From positions 1,364,001 through 1,428,000 of the forward strand of contig OZ374561.1 of NCBI GenBank assembly GCA_977862235.1: a DNA stretch of 64,000 nt, in the 5' to 3' direction. The position numbers were made by a program, and so were the translations under genes. This document shows, piece by piece, positions 33,822 through 44,638 of this stretch (positions are counted from its first letter, which is position 1; each line of letters starts with the position of its first letter). Source of the stretch: Dudresnaya verticillata (lineage: Eukaryota). Under the pieces are notes generated by a model. It did not search any database. It was not told where the DNA came from and worked only from the letters and a program-made list of their open reading frames with translations.

Positions 33822-34658
33822 ATGAACGCCTGCTTCCTCAACGCCGCCCCGGTCCTGCCGTCCGCGCCCGCCCCGGCCCTCGCCGCATGCCCCGCGTGCG
33901 CCCCGATCCACATGTCGCTGCGCCCAACGGGCAAGGGCCGCGGCGGCCTGTCGGGCCGCTGGGGCGCCTCGTCCAGCCGCGGCTCGTCGCGTCGCGATGC
34001 GTCGGGCTCGGGCGGCGGCGGCACAGGCCGCTCTGGCTCCGGCTCTGGCTCCGGCTCCGGCTCTGGCAACGGCCCGCGCCGCAGCGGCGGCGGCGGCGGC
34101 GGCGGCGCCGCAGACTCGCCCGCCAACCCGTTCTCCGCGCTGTGGAAGGCGTACAACGCGCGCCTGGCCGAGAACCCCATCGCCACAAAGGCCTTTACGT
34201 CGCTGATTGGATTCTTCCTGGGCGATCTGCTGGCGCAAAAGTTCCAGGGCGACAAGGGCGCCGAGTTTGACAAGGCCAGATCGGCCCGCATGGCCTCGTT
34301 TGGCTTCCTCATTCACGGCCCCACGGGCCACTACTTTTATTCCGCCCTGGATAGGCTCATCGTCGGCGCTTCGCCGCTCAAGGTCGCGTCCAAGGTCGCC
34401 ATTGACCAGCTCTTGTGGGCCCCCGTCTTCATGACCCTGTTCCTTGGCTATTTGGGGATTGCCGAGCGCAGGTCCAAGGATGATATTGTGAAAAAGATCA
34501 AGACCGATACGTGGACTGGCGTCAAAGCCAGCTGGAAGTTCTGGCCGCTTGCCCATGCGATTAACTTTGCTGTCGTTCCGACCCAGCAAAGGCTCCTTTA
34601 CATTAACACCTTGCAAGTTGGTTATAATGTTATCTTGAGCCTTATCGGAAACAAATAA
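33822..34658 (+). CDS. Mpv17/PMP22 family membrane protein with a transit-peptide-like, Gly-rich N-terminus
   Basis: YN..L..NP..TK, GDLLAQ, KVAIDQLLWAP and FWP..HAINF..VP...RLLY.N motifs. Confidence 0.9.
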   Translation: MNACFLNAAPVLPSAPAPALAACPACAPIHMSLRPTGKGRGGLSGRWGASSSRGSSRRDASGSGGGGTGRSGSGSGSGSGSGNGPRRSGGGGGGGAADSPANPFSALWKAYNARLAENPIATKAFTSLIGFFLGDLLAQKFQGDKGAEFDKARSARMASFGFLIHGPTGHYFYSALDRLIVGASPLKVASKVAIDQLLWAPVFMTLFLGYLGIAERRSKDDIVKKIKTDTWTGVKASWKFWPLAHAINFAVVPTQQRLLYINTLQVGYNVILSLIGNK

Positions 34659-34839
34659 GCCACTAATTGCTCTGCTCCACCTGTCTTGAGCTATTCTGTC
34701 AACTCGATCGTTAGAATTTTATATGGGAGACGTCCCGGTCCAGGGGGTAAATGAAAAAAGGAAAACACACACACACACACACACACCAGACCTGCTACAT
34801 GTACTGTTGCCGTCGCGCATGGCGCCACCATGTCCATGC

Positions 34840-36129
34840 TCAAAAGCTCTTGGCAAAGTCTGCGTCGGGTGAATTGCTGTTCCTCCGAGACGGTATTGCT
34901 CTACCGTCGTCTTGCGGAAGCGCAACTGCGCGTTCGCTCAGCGTGTACATTGACCACGCCTTATCGCCTGTCACCTCATTCTGCACAGCGAGCCACTTTG
35001 GAAGGTCCAGGCTATCGTTTTCCTCAACGTCGCAGTGGCAGCGCAGGAGATGCACAGCTTGGTCAAGATTGTCGATGGTATCCATGACAAAGTAGTTGCC
35101 GTTGTACAAGAAGCATTGCCGACGCATTCGTACAGTGGTACGGTCCGCGTCGCGATGCGGCAGCAGCGACCGAAACTCCCTCGCAGAGATCTGCCGCTTT
35201 GTCTCTCGGTCGTCCTTTCGAATCTTGTGCACGTAGGTGAATACACCGTTCTTCCCCCTCTTCCTGACACTCTCCTGCACGCCCTGCTGCGTCAGGCGCT
35301 CAAGGAACGTCTGCTCAACGATAAAGTCCTCGACAGACGGCATGGAGTCGACCACATCCTCGACATGGTCGCTCTGCTCGGCACGCAACAAGAACTTTCG
35401 CACCACACGCCGCGTCAGATGCAAACCCGCCAGTTCCGCGATGCGCGCGTCGACGCGGTTGATCTTCTCGCGAAAGCCGGTCCTGTTATCGACAATGCGC
35501 AAGTGCGGGTGGCCGACCCAGGCCTTCTGAGTTCTGCGGTCCAGATCGCACGCCTGCTCGGGCGTCTCGGTCCTGGTCTTATTATTCTCCAACGAATAAA
35601 AGTCGATGGCGCCATCGGCGGCGGTGACGAGATGCACAACGAGGTCATACCGAGCGTCGCGCAGCTGGACCATGTCCCACGCATTTTGCCTCAACATGCG
35701 TTCCCAGAGGGGCTGTGACATGTAGGCGCGGCCATCACACGAGCCTCGGTCGGCAAGGACGAAGGAAGGGCGACCCGAGGCTTGGGCGATGGCGAGAAAC
35801 GCGTCCTCGAGCGCGATTTGCGTGCGCAGCAGGGCTGTCTGGAACGCGAGCACGCGGTCGTCCGTGGGGTCTGCAAACGAGGCGCCACCGGCGAACAGCA
35901 GCGTGGCGGCCTCGGGGACGACGTAGACGTTGAAGCCGCGGCTGCGAAGACGCTCGGACACCTCCGCCAGCGCGGTGGTCTTGCCCGCGCACGGGCCGCC
36001 CGTGATGGCGACGCGGTGGACCTGCGACGACGCGGCGGCCGCGGCCGCGGCGGCGCGCGACGCGGCGAACGCGTCCGGCGGCGGCATCGCGGGCGCGAAG
36101 GGTGGGCGCGCCGGGCGCGCGGGGGACAT
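34840..36129 (-). CDS. P-loop AAA_28/NadR-type kinase plus CYTH-like domain (TTD14-like)
   Basis: ITGGPCAGKTT, VPEAAT, DRG..DG.AY, RYDLVVHLVTAADGA, followed by a RKFLL...RKRG...EVT CYTH-like region. Confidence 0.85.
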   Translation of the reverse strand: MSPARPARPPFAPAMPPPDAFAASRAAAAAAAASSQVHRVAITGGPCAGKTTALAEVSERLRSRGFNVYVVPEAATLLFAGGASFADPTDDRVLAFQTALLRTQIALEDAFLAIAQASGRPSFVLADRGSCDGRAYMSQPLWERMLRQNAWDMVQLRDARYDLVVHLVTAADGAIDFYSLENNKTRTETPEQACDLDRRTQKAWVGHPHLRIVDNRTGFREKINRVDARIAELAGLHLTRRVVRKFLLRAEQSDHVEDVVDSMPSVEDFIVEQTFLERLTQQGVQESVRKRGKNGVFTYVHKIRKDDRETKRQISAREFRSLLPHRDADRTTVRMRRQCFLYNGNYFVMDTIDNLDQAVHLLRCHCDVEENDSLDLPKWLAVQNEVTGDKAWSMYTLSERAVALPQDDGRAIPSRRNSNSPDADFAKSF

Positions 36130-36983
36130 CGGGCGGCGGCGGCGGGGCGCGGGGGGAGCGCGGGTTGCGGCGGCGGCGCGCGCGTGGAGTGGCGGGGAGG
36201 ACTGATCTCAGGAGAGACGGGTGGCTGTGGGTGTGGGTGTGGGCGGGTGGGTGTGCATGAGCATCGAGGCGCGAGCGCGCGCTTATTTGGCGCGTTTATC
36301 GGCATTGTTGCGACGCGGCAAGCGACGTCCGACCGACGGGCTGACAAGGCCGGAAAATGCACCGTTTGCAAAAGACAAAGAGCCGGTGGGCGTCTGCCGG
36401 CGTTGTTTCCGGCGCGCGAGCGCGCGTGTGTGTTTGTGTGCGCCCTCGGGGCGGCGATGGACGCCGCCCGGCGACTACCCTCCGGTGGTACGGCTCGCAA
36501 AGCGGCGGGTGCGCCCACCGTGCGCCGGTGCACCGCGTTGCTGCGATGGATTGAAGCGAGCGCAATTGAAGAAGGCAACGCGACAAGCCGGAGAAATCGG
36601 GGCGGCAGCGCTTCCGGCAGCGAGCGTGTCGCCGCCGCGGACCGCGGAGGAGGCCGCGCTGCGGGGCATGACGGGCGGCGGGATGGGCGGAGGGACACGC
36701 GGCGGGGGCGCGTGCGCGCCGCGTCACGGCTCGGCCAGCAATGTCGCCGCTGCCGCGCGCTGCGTAACTGCGTGCATAGCGCCTCGCCGCCCCGCGCTTT
36801 TGCCTTTACAAAACGCGCAATTCGCTTGCGTTGCGCCTCATACCTTCTGCCACCGCTGTCCGTCGCGCCGCCATTCCCGAGCCGCCGCGCGCTACAGCTC
36901 GGCGTCCCGCCACCACCCGCACACGCACAGCCTCAGCGAGCAGCTACAGTAGCACCCGACAGCAGCCGCACCCCGGCGCCACC

Positions 36984-38948
36984 ATGCCGCGTCTCGCGCT
37001 CGCGCCGCTGCTCGCCGCCGTGGCCGCGGCGCTGGTGGCCGCGCCGGCGGCGCGCGCCGCACCCGCCTGGGACGTTGTGCCGGTGTCGTCGCGCTACGTC
37101 CCGCGCGGCGAGGCCGCCATGTCGCAGTGCGACGCAGACAAGATCTGCCTGCTGGGCGGCCGTGGCAACAGCCCGGTCGGCATTCTGGACACGGAGAAGC
37201 GCGCGTGGGCGACCGGCAAGAACCCCCCACTCGAGATTCACCACTTTCAGGCCTTCCAGGGGCCGGACAATTGCGTCTGGGTCGCCGGCGCTTGGACAGG
37301 CCCCTACCCCGCAGAGGACACCGTTGATGACATCATCCGCTACTGCCCGCAGAATGATACCTGGTCTACCGTCGCGCCTATCGACAGGCCTAGAGGCTCT
37401 GGCGGCGCCTTCTACTATCAGGATGCTGTTTATCTTGTGTCTGGTAATGTTGGCGGTCATAACAAGAACGCCAACCTCGTCTCTTGGTTTGATAAATATG
37501 ATCTCACTACACGCAAGTGGTCCCGTCTACCGGACATCCCACATCGTAAGTAGCCCTCTGCAACTCTTCCGTTCGCCAATCAACCATCCTGTCTTGCTGA
37601 TTCCCCCTTTTTGTCTCACCCATCACCATCCCTGCGTGCAGCCCGCGATCACTTTCACGCCGTCGTCGTGGGCGCCAAGGTCTACGTTGCCGCAGGCCGC
37701 GATTCTACAGGAGACGCCCCGGCCTTCTTCAACGACGTCGAGAAGTCTGTCGACGTCTATGACTTTGCGTCCGCCAAGTGGTCCACCCTCGAAGACTTCC
37801 CGCGCGGCCGCGCAGGGGTTGCCGCCACCGCCCTCGATGGCGACATCTTCGTCATGGGAGGCGAGGGCAACCGCAATGACGGTAAGGCATGGAAGGAGGT
37901 TGAGATCCTTAAAGGCGGCGCAGATGCTTTCGTTGAGGGCGACGATATGCCCACCCCGCGCCATGGCGCCGGCGCAGTCACTTGTAACGGCGCCATCTGG
38001 GTTGCAGGCGGCGTCATGGTGCAGGGTGGTGGCGCGATGGCCACGGATACTGTTGCCTATTTCGACGGCGACACCCCGCCTGTCTGCAAGGCCTCTGCTG
38101 CCCCCACCACAACTGTCCCCACCACGGCAACTGCTACGTCAACCACGACGACTGCCACAGCAACGACAGCCACAGCAACGACAGCCACAGCCCAGCCTTC
38201 CCCATCTGGCGGAGCCACATCTACGCCAGAGCCAACTGTCAACCCCACCACGTCACCTGCCACTAGCACCGGAGAGACCCCTTCACCCGGACAATCCACC
38301 CCAGCTGGCAGTCCGCAACCGTCGCCCTCGGGCGATACGTCGTCAGGAGCTTCAGGCGTTACTCCGACTGCTTCAGCAGGTGAAGCAGACTCTGGCCCGG
38401 TTTGTTTCCCTTCTGAAGCCGTTGTTGAGCTTCGCGATGGAAGTCTGAAGACCATGGCCGAGTTGCAAATTGGTGATCATGTCAAGGTTTCGCATCCGGA
38501 TGGATACAGCCCGGTCTACTTCTTCTCGCACCGTAATTCTCGTGTTGTTACCGATATGATTCAGATATCCACGTCAATTGACAGCGTGCAGTTAGCTGTT
38601 TCCCCTGGCCACTTGATCTACGTGGATGGTAAGCTGGCACCGGCTTCAAGTATCAGGATCGGTGATGAGGTCTCTGTTGGTCATGACAGTTCTGCAACGG
38701 CCACTGTTACTTCTATGACAAAGGTTTCAAGCGAGGGTCTTCACAATCCACACACATTGCATGGGGACATCATTGTGAATGGTGTTGTGGCCAGCACCTG
38801 GACCTCGGCTGTGCATCCTTTGCTTGCAAAGTTGCTTCTCACCCCCTTTAGGATGATGTACAAAGTGGCTGGTCCCCACTATGCAATCGAAAAAGTTAAC
38901 CGAGCTGTGCTGGGGGCTCTTGACTACACTATCTGGAAAGAGAACTAG
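36984..38948 (+). CDS. Secreted Kelch-repeat protein with a Ser/Thr/Pro linker and a C-terminal Hedgehog-type Hint domain; intron 37546-37641
   Basis: Signal peptide MPRLALAPLLAAVAAAL and GG-containing Kelch repeats. The GTAAGT...CAG intron restores PHPRDHF. Hint motifs: CFP..A.V, L.IGD.V, SPGH, IIVNGVVAS. Confidence 0.88.
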
Positions 38949-39602
38949 CCACATAGCAAAAAGGAGGGCATTAGGACTGGCCTGTGTACAATCATGTACA
39001 TCTTATTATGAACGCCAGATTGTGCGTCAAAGTCATGTTATTATTTGTTTGAGCACAGCCCGGGGGTACACACATAATAAAGGGATATGCATGCCTCTTG
39101 AATGTTATCCGCGTTTTGTGTTTGTCTTGCGTTACAGCGAGTTGCTGCGATTGCAAAGTTTGAGAGTCTCAGGCTACGGCAAGTGCTCTCTTGATCTTGG
39201 ACAAGGATGAGAACAGCGGCCATCTTTAGGAAAACAGCGAAGGAAATTTCTCCGGGAGGGGAAGTGAGCTCCGTTTAATTGGGCATAGTAATATCGAGAC
39301 GAATTCGCGATCCTGCAAGCCCCGTTGCTGTCAAGCTAAGCGTTTACGATTGCATACAACTACGCTGATATCTTGTATTTCTGTGTCTCAGAGGATGCAG
39401 TTGGACTCCGATATTACCCCAGCAAGCAAAGCACAAGCAATGCGTTTGTCCATGACGCGAAAAAAGATGAGGTCGTGGGACAACAATGGTTGACTTTAGC
39501 GGAGTTTGGAGCGAATATGTGCATTTGCGAGGAACGGGCAAGGGAGGGTGTGTGTGCGTGAGTGATTGAGAGAGAGAGAGAGAGAGAGAGAAAACCAAGG
39601 AT

Positions 39603-40433
39603 CTACCATTCGACACCGTCCTGGGCCGTGAGTGGGAGCTCGGTCGGTTTCTTCTTGCGCAGGCGTGGGAGTACGAAGAAGACCAAAACGACAAGGACTG
39701 CCACACCGACTAGGACGCCGAGGAAGATCTTCCACCAGTCAACACCAAACGAGCCCTGCTCAAGGGAGAGGGAAACAAACTGCATGTCATCATCAATACT
39801 GGTTGCCGGACCGACGACCTCTGTACTGCCCTTGGGCAGGGGTTCCGGGTCTGCCTTGAAGGACTCACCCTTGTCCAGACCCGAGTTGAGGTTTTTCAAG
39901 GGGATATTGCCGTCATTGAGCACGAAGGAGTCGTTGCGGCAAAGCTGGTAGTCGGCCAGACCAGTGAACCAGGACGGGGAAGGGCTGAGCGGGGCAATGA
40001 TAGAGATGAAGGAGGCGTCGTCGCGGACGGTGAGTTCAAGCTTGTGGAGGTCACTGACGCCGGGGTCGTCAAAGAACGAGTAGGACGCAATGTCGTCCGA
40101 GGAGCGCAGCTGGCGGTCGAGCTCGCGGCGCAGGTCGTCCGTGCGGCCGGTGCGGATGACCTCTGCGACCGGGTCGGTGACGCGCTGGCCCAGACGGAAC
40201 AGCACCGGCGGATCGCGGCGCTTGTGCGCGACGGCGACCAGGACCGGGATGCTGGCCTTCTCCGGGACGATGGGCGACTTGCTGCGCGTGAACGACGTCT
40301 GGATGGACACAATGTACGACTGCGAGCCCTTGCACGCGGCCGACGCGGCCGCGGCGAGCGAGAGCAGCAGCGCGGCCGCGAGGGCGCGGCGCGGCGCGCG
40401 GGTGGCGGCGGCGGCGGCGGCGGCGGCGGGCAT
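39603..40433 (-). CDS. Spondin_N-domain type I membrane protein
   Basis: Signal-like N-terminus, PLSPSPSWFTGL...LC (spondin PSPDWF-like) and a C-terminal TM helix followed by RLRKKK. Confidence 0.7.
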   Translation of the reverse strand: MPAAAAAAAATRAPRRALAAALLLSLAAAASAACKGSQSYIVSIQTSFTRSKSPIVPEKASIPVLVAVAHKRRDPPVLFRLGQRVTDPVAEVIRTGRTDDLRRELDRQLRSSDDIASYSFFDDPGVSDLHKLELTVRDDASFISIIAPLSPSPSWFTGLADYQLCRNDSFVLNDGNIPLKNLNSGLDKGESFKADPEPLPKGSTEVVGPATSIDDDMQFVSLSLEQGSFGVDWWKIFLGVLVGVAVLVVLVFFVLPRLRKKKPTELPLTAQDGVEW

Positions 40434-41100
40434 GGTGGAGAAAGGCGGCAGCGGCGGCGGCGGCGGGCGTGGGTGACACGGGGGGGGTGCCGGAGGGCGC
40501 GGGGGTGCGGGAAGGCGCGGCGGCGGGCAGCGGGTGGGTTTACCGTTGGGTGTCGAGTGTGCTTTTTCCGCTTGTGCGGGGTGCCGGTGTGTGTGTGTGC
40601 CGCCTATTGGCGCGCCACCGTGCTCGGTGGGTCGGGGAATTTGTGAGGTGATCCGGAGTATCCACGTGGCTGGACACAAGGCACTACCGCAGGCGCGATT
40701 ACAGCGTCCACCGCTACCGATTCGTTTGGTCCCCGCCAATCCGCAGCCTCCAAGTCGCGCCGCAGCTGCACCTCCCCAGTGTAAGCACGCTGTAATGCAC
40801 TGGCGCCACATGTACACGTGTCCGCATGTCCGCGCGTCCGCCATCGTCCCGATCGGAGACCCGATCGGGAATGGGACAGCCTCTTTCATCTCTTTCTATA
40901 TAAAAGCTTTCGAAGGGAGCAATGCTCGCTACTACTAGACCGATGCCGTGCATGCAACTATTCTGTTGTGGCGCTTAGCCCCAACAATAACCAGATCAAC
41001 CGAAAGGAAGGAAACCAACAGAACAATTACCCTCCAGCAAACAACCACCGCCAGCACCTCTGCAAACTCTCCCTTCCCTCCCATCCATCCCCTCCGCGCA

Positions 41101-42166
41101 ATGTCCGCCCCGTCCCCCGCCGCCGCCACGCTGCACGCCTCGCGCCACGGCAAGAGCCGCGTGCGCGTAGCAAAGGTAACGCGGACGCCCGACCGCCACA
41201 CCTTCACCGAGTACACCGTGCAGATCGAGCTGGAGGGCGGCTCGTCGGCCTCGTTCACGGCCGCGGACAACTCGCGCGTCGTCGCCACCGACACCTGCAA
41301 GAACCACGTCTACCTGCTCGCCAAGACCCACCCGTGCCACGCCCCGGACGCCTTCGCCCTCGACCTCGCCGCACGCTTCCTGCATCTCTACCCCTGGCTC
41401 ACCGCCGCCTCCGTCGCCGTCACGGAGGTTCCCTGGCGCCGCGCCTCCAGAGACGCCCGCCCGCACCACCACGCATTCCACCGCGCCGCTGACGGACACC
41501 GCGTGGCTCGTGTCACCATCGCCAGGGCCCCGGGCGCGCGTGTGTATAGCCGTGTTGACCTCACGTCGGCACTTTCTGGGTAAGCCTTGCGTCGGCCCGC
41601 GCTTGTCAAGTCTGTGTCCACTGCTTTGTTCTGACAAGTCTTATGCTCATGTCTCTTGCTGGACTCTAATACCGCTCCTGTCGATTGTTTCCACCGCCCC
41701 CAGCTTGTCAGTTTTGAAGACCACGCAAAGCGGCTGGGCAAACTTTGTCCACGATCGCTTCACGACTCTTCCGGACACCTCGGACCGCATTCTGGCCACT
41801 ACCATCTCCGCAGAGTGGACGTATAGCCTGTCTGATTTTGATTCCCTGCGCGCTCTACCATTTGCGGACATTCACGCCAAAGTCCGAAGAGCTCTTCTTG
41901 ACCAGTTCTACGGCCCACCAGACAAAGGCCATTTCAGTCCTGGCGTGCAGAATACTTTGTTCCTCATGGCGAAAGCTGCGGAAGCCGCTGTGCCTCAGGT
42001 TAAGGACGTCACCCTTTCGCTACCAAACTTGCACTTCTTGCCGTGCAACATCCCGGTCTTTGCCAAGAATGACATCAACTTTGAGGACGACGTGTTCATT
42101 CCCACCGATGAGCCGCATGGAATTATTTCTGCCACAGTTGGTCATTCTAGGATGGCAAAGCTGTAG
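41101..42166 (+). CDS. UOX: Uricase (urate oxidase); intron 41580-41703; C-terminal PTS1-like AKL
   Basis: HGKSRVRV, VATDTCKN, VLKTTQSG, SPGVQNTL, LPNLHF and PHGII. The GTAAGC...CAG intron keeps the frame. Confidence 0.95.
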
Positions 42167-42446
42167 CCCGTGACGTATGCTACCGCCGTGCGCAGGACTA
42201 CACTTGGTGACTGCATGGTACAGTGCACATGTAGTAAAACCGAACAGCAGGCGCATTTGCTCGGCGATCGATGCGATCAACGTTCTGTGCGCGCGACTTT
42301 TGGACAATCCGAAATCGGCAAGAAACAGCACCAACGCCTGATCTTCCGTGGATCTTCCTTGCGTTAACAAACTGCGCTGAGGGCATTCGCCACTCGGTTT
42401 ATTTTGGCTTTCCGCATATCTTTCGGATTGCCAGCACGTGGAAGTT

Positions 42447-43778
42447 ATGCTCTCAAGTACGGCTTTGATCGTGTTTGTTACCGTGGCCTGCGTGGCGAAC
42501 TCCCTTGAGATCACCGTGAATACGTCTCGTCTTGTCTCCGAGATTCATGAGCTAGCTACTCACAATGACTTGACACCGCCAGCAGTGCAGCGGATTGTGT
42601 ACACGGATGCTGATCTTTCTGCTCGTGCCTACCTTCGAACCTTATTCGAATCGGCAGGCTTGGATGTGCAAGTTGACGCCTTGGGCAATCAATTCGCGGT
42701 ATGGAAAGGATCGCGAAAGACCAGGCTGGAAGCAGTGGGAACGGGCTCACATATTGATGCAATCCCACATTCCGGCATGTACGATGGCGTGGTAGGGGTA
42801 CTCGGCGCTCTAGAAGCCGTACGATCACTGCAAGAGGCAGGGTTTCAGCCTCTCCGCGATATCCATGTCGTTGCATTCACTTCGGAGGAGCCCACCAGGT
42901 TCGGTCTTGGGTGCCTAGGTAGTCGTGTTCTCTCTGGGACTATGGAACCGGACAAGGTTGCAAATCTAACTGATGCAGACGGAGTAACATTGGATACGGT
43001 CCGTCTCGAAGCCGGTTTTGAGGGAAGTATTGCTGATGTTGTGCTCCCAGATGATGCATATTCAGGGTTTATTGAGCTCCATATTGAGCAAGCAGACTTT
43101 CTGCAGACTGCAGGGCTGAATATCGGCGCTGTAACTGCGATAGCTGCACCGGCTCAACTTGAGGTACGGTTTGCGGGGTCTGGTGGTCATGCTGGATCGC
43201 TCCCAATGGCGGAGAGACATGATGCTGGTCTCGGCGGCGCGGAACTTGTTCTTGAAGTGGAGGCGGCTGCGGTACAAGAGATGTCAACATATGCTGTTGC
43301 CACGACAGGAAAGTTTGAAGTCTTTCCTGGAGCTGTAAACAGCGTACCTAGTGTTGCAAAGCTTGGGATTGATATTCGTCACATTGACGCTTCTCGAAGA
43401 GACGCGATGCTCACCAAAGTGAAGACTGCTGCGAAGAGTATTGCACAGGTGAGAGGCCTGAAGGTCGATGTCAATGTGTTGAATGCGGACAATCCAGAAA
43501 GCTGCGACGGGAAGATTGCAGATACGGTCGTGCGTGTTGCCAAAGCGTCTGGGCTGAGAGTGACAAAGCTTGTCTCTCGGGCTTATCATGACTCCTTGTT
43601 CATGGCGAAAAGGTTCCCCACTGGGATGATTTTCATCCCTTGCAGGGGCGGAATCAGTCACCGCCCAGAGGAGTTTGCCTCCCCGCAAGACTTGGAAAAC
43701 GGGGTAATAACCCTTGCGAAAACGCTTGCGGAGATGGCTGGCGAGGCAGTGTCGGAACCGGTTCGCGATGAGCTGTGA
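42447..43778 (+). CDS. UAH: M20-family amidohydrolase, most like plant ureidoglycolate amidohydrolase; signal peptide and RDEL
   Basis: GSHIDAIP..G.YDGVVGVLGA, FTSEEPTRFG, ELHIEQ, GGHAG, SRAYHDSLFMA and SH.PEE. Confidence 0.85.
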   Translation: MLSSTALIVFVTVACVANSLEITVNTSRLVSEIHELATHNDLTPPAVQRIVYTDADLSARAYLRTLFESAGLDVQVDALGNQFAVWKGSRKTRLEAVGTGSHIDAIPHSGMYDGVVGVLGALEAVRSLQEAGFQPLRDIHVVAFTSEEPTRFGLGCLGSRVLSGTMEPDKVANLTDADGVTLDTVRLEAGFEGSIADVVLPDDAYSGFIELHIEQADFLQTAGLNIGAVTAIAAPAQLEVRFAGSGGHAGSLPMAERHDAGLGGAELVLEVEAAAVQEMSTYAVATTGKFEVFPGAVNSVPSVAKLGIDIRHIDASRRDAMLTKVKTAAKSIAQVRGLKVDVNVLNADNPESCDGKIADTVVRVAKASGLRVTKLVSRAYHDSLFMAKRFPTGMIFIPCRGGISHRPEEFASPQDLENGVITLAKTLAEMAGEAVSEPVRDEL

Positions 43779-44129
43779 CTTCTGGACGCTGGCAATTTGT
43801 GGGACATGCTTATGCTCGGTTCAAGCTCTGCCCCAAAGCGTAGATGGCTACTTTGGCTTTAAAGCCTGAGTGCTTTCAACCAAAGCCATATCTCATTCTT
43901 GGACATGTCGTATTATGCGCAAGTAGACTAAGTACTGTATGACATAGAAAAATGGAGCTCTGAAGCGCGTGGACTGTTGCTGACCGTCATGCTTTTATGA
44001 CGACTCTCCTCTTGGGGTCTAGCGATGAACTTGCCGGTGGGCTGAATCGGGAACTTACCACGCGGCTTGCAAGTTACAGTGTATAAAGAGGAGTCGTCCG
44101 GCCTGTCGGTACTTGACCAAATGTTCCAC

Positions 44130-44180
44130 AGTACTGTACTGCTCTGCTCAGAGTACTGTACTGCTCTGCTCAGAGTACTG
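44130..44180 (+). repeat. Short tandem duplication (22-bp unit)
   Basis: AGTACTGTACTGCTCTGCTCAG x2 plus a partial third copy. Confidence 0.8.
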
Positions 44181-44638
44181 CACCAGTCAGTATAGTACAG
44201 TTGTTGGAAACACTACTGTACACCGTTTACGGGTTTGGATTACTAGTTACAGGCAAACCATAGTCAGGAGAGCAGCTATGGTTAAATGCGAACCAATAAT
44301 TCATGGACGATCAAACTCGCAACGTTGTAGTGTTTCTAACAACACAGTCACAACTGTTCCGATAGTTTGGACAAGTGCATACTGTTTGCAGTTCCGTGTG
44401 CACACACGTACTGTCCATCTAGTAGGCCTATTGCATCCTGAATGGATGCCGCTTCGAGGCCTCCCTTGGACTCGCACTGAATGGAGGTCACCTTAGGAGG
44501 ACGAAAAGCTTTTACTCGTATAGAGGTACGGTAACATCGTCTTCCTGCCTCCATGAACGCAGAATATCAGCGTCAATGAAAACGTCGTGTCTATCGCTAT
44601 CCGCGACAGATTCTTGACACCAATTACTATCGACATTT

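Noticed and set aside
35782..38448. 888-aa ORF and other long overlapping ORFs in GC-rich zones (e.g. 35691-36698, 53696-54733, 53733-54794)
   Set aside because: Arg/Ala/Pro-rich shadow frames over recognisable genes. Stop codons are simply scarce at this GC content.
34765..39590. (CA)n at ~34765-34785 and (GA)n at ~39568-39590
   Set aside because: Ordinary 3'-flank microsatellites.
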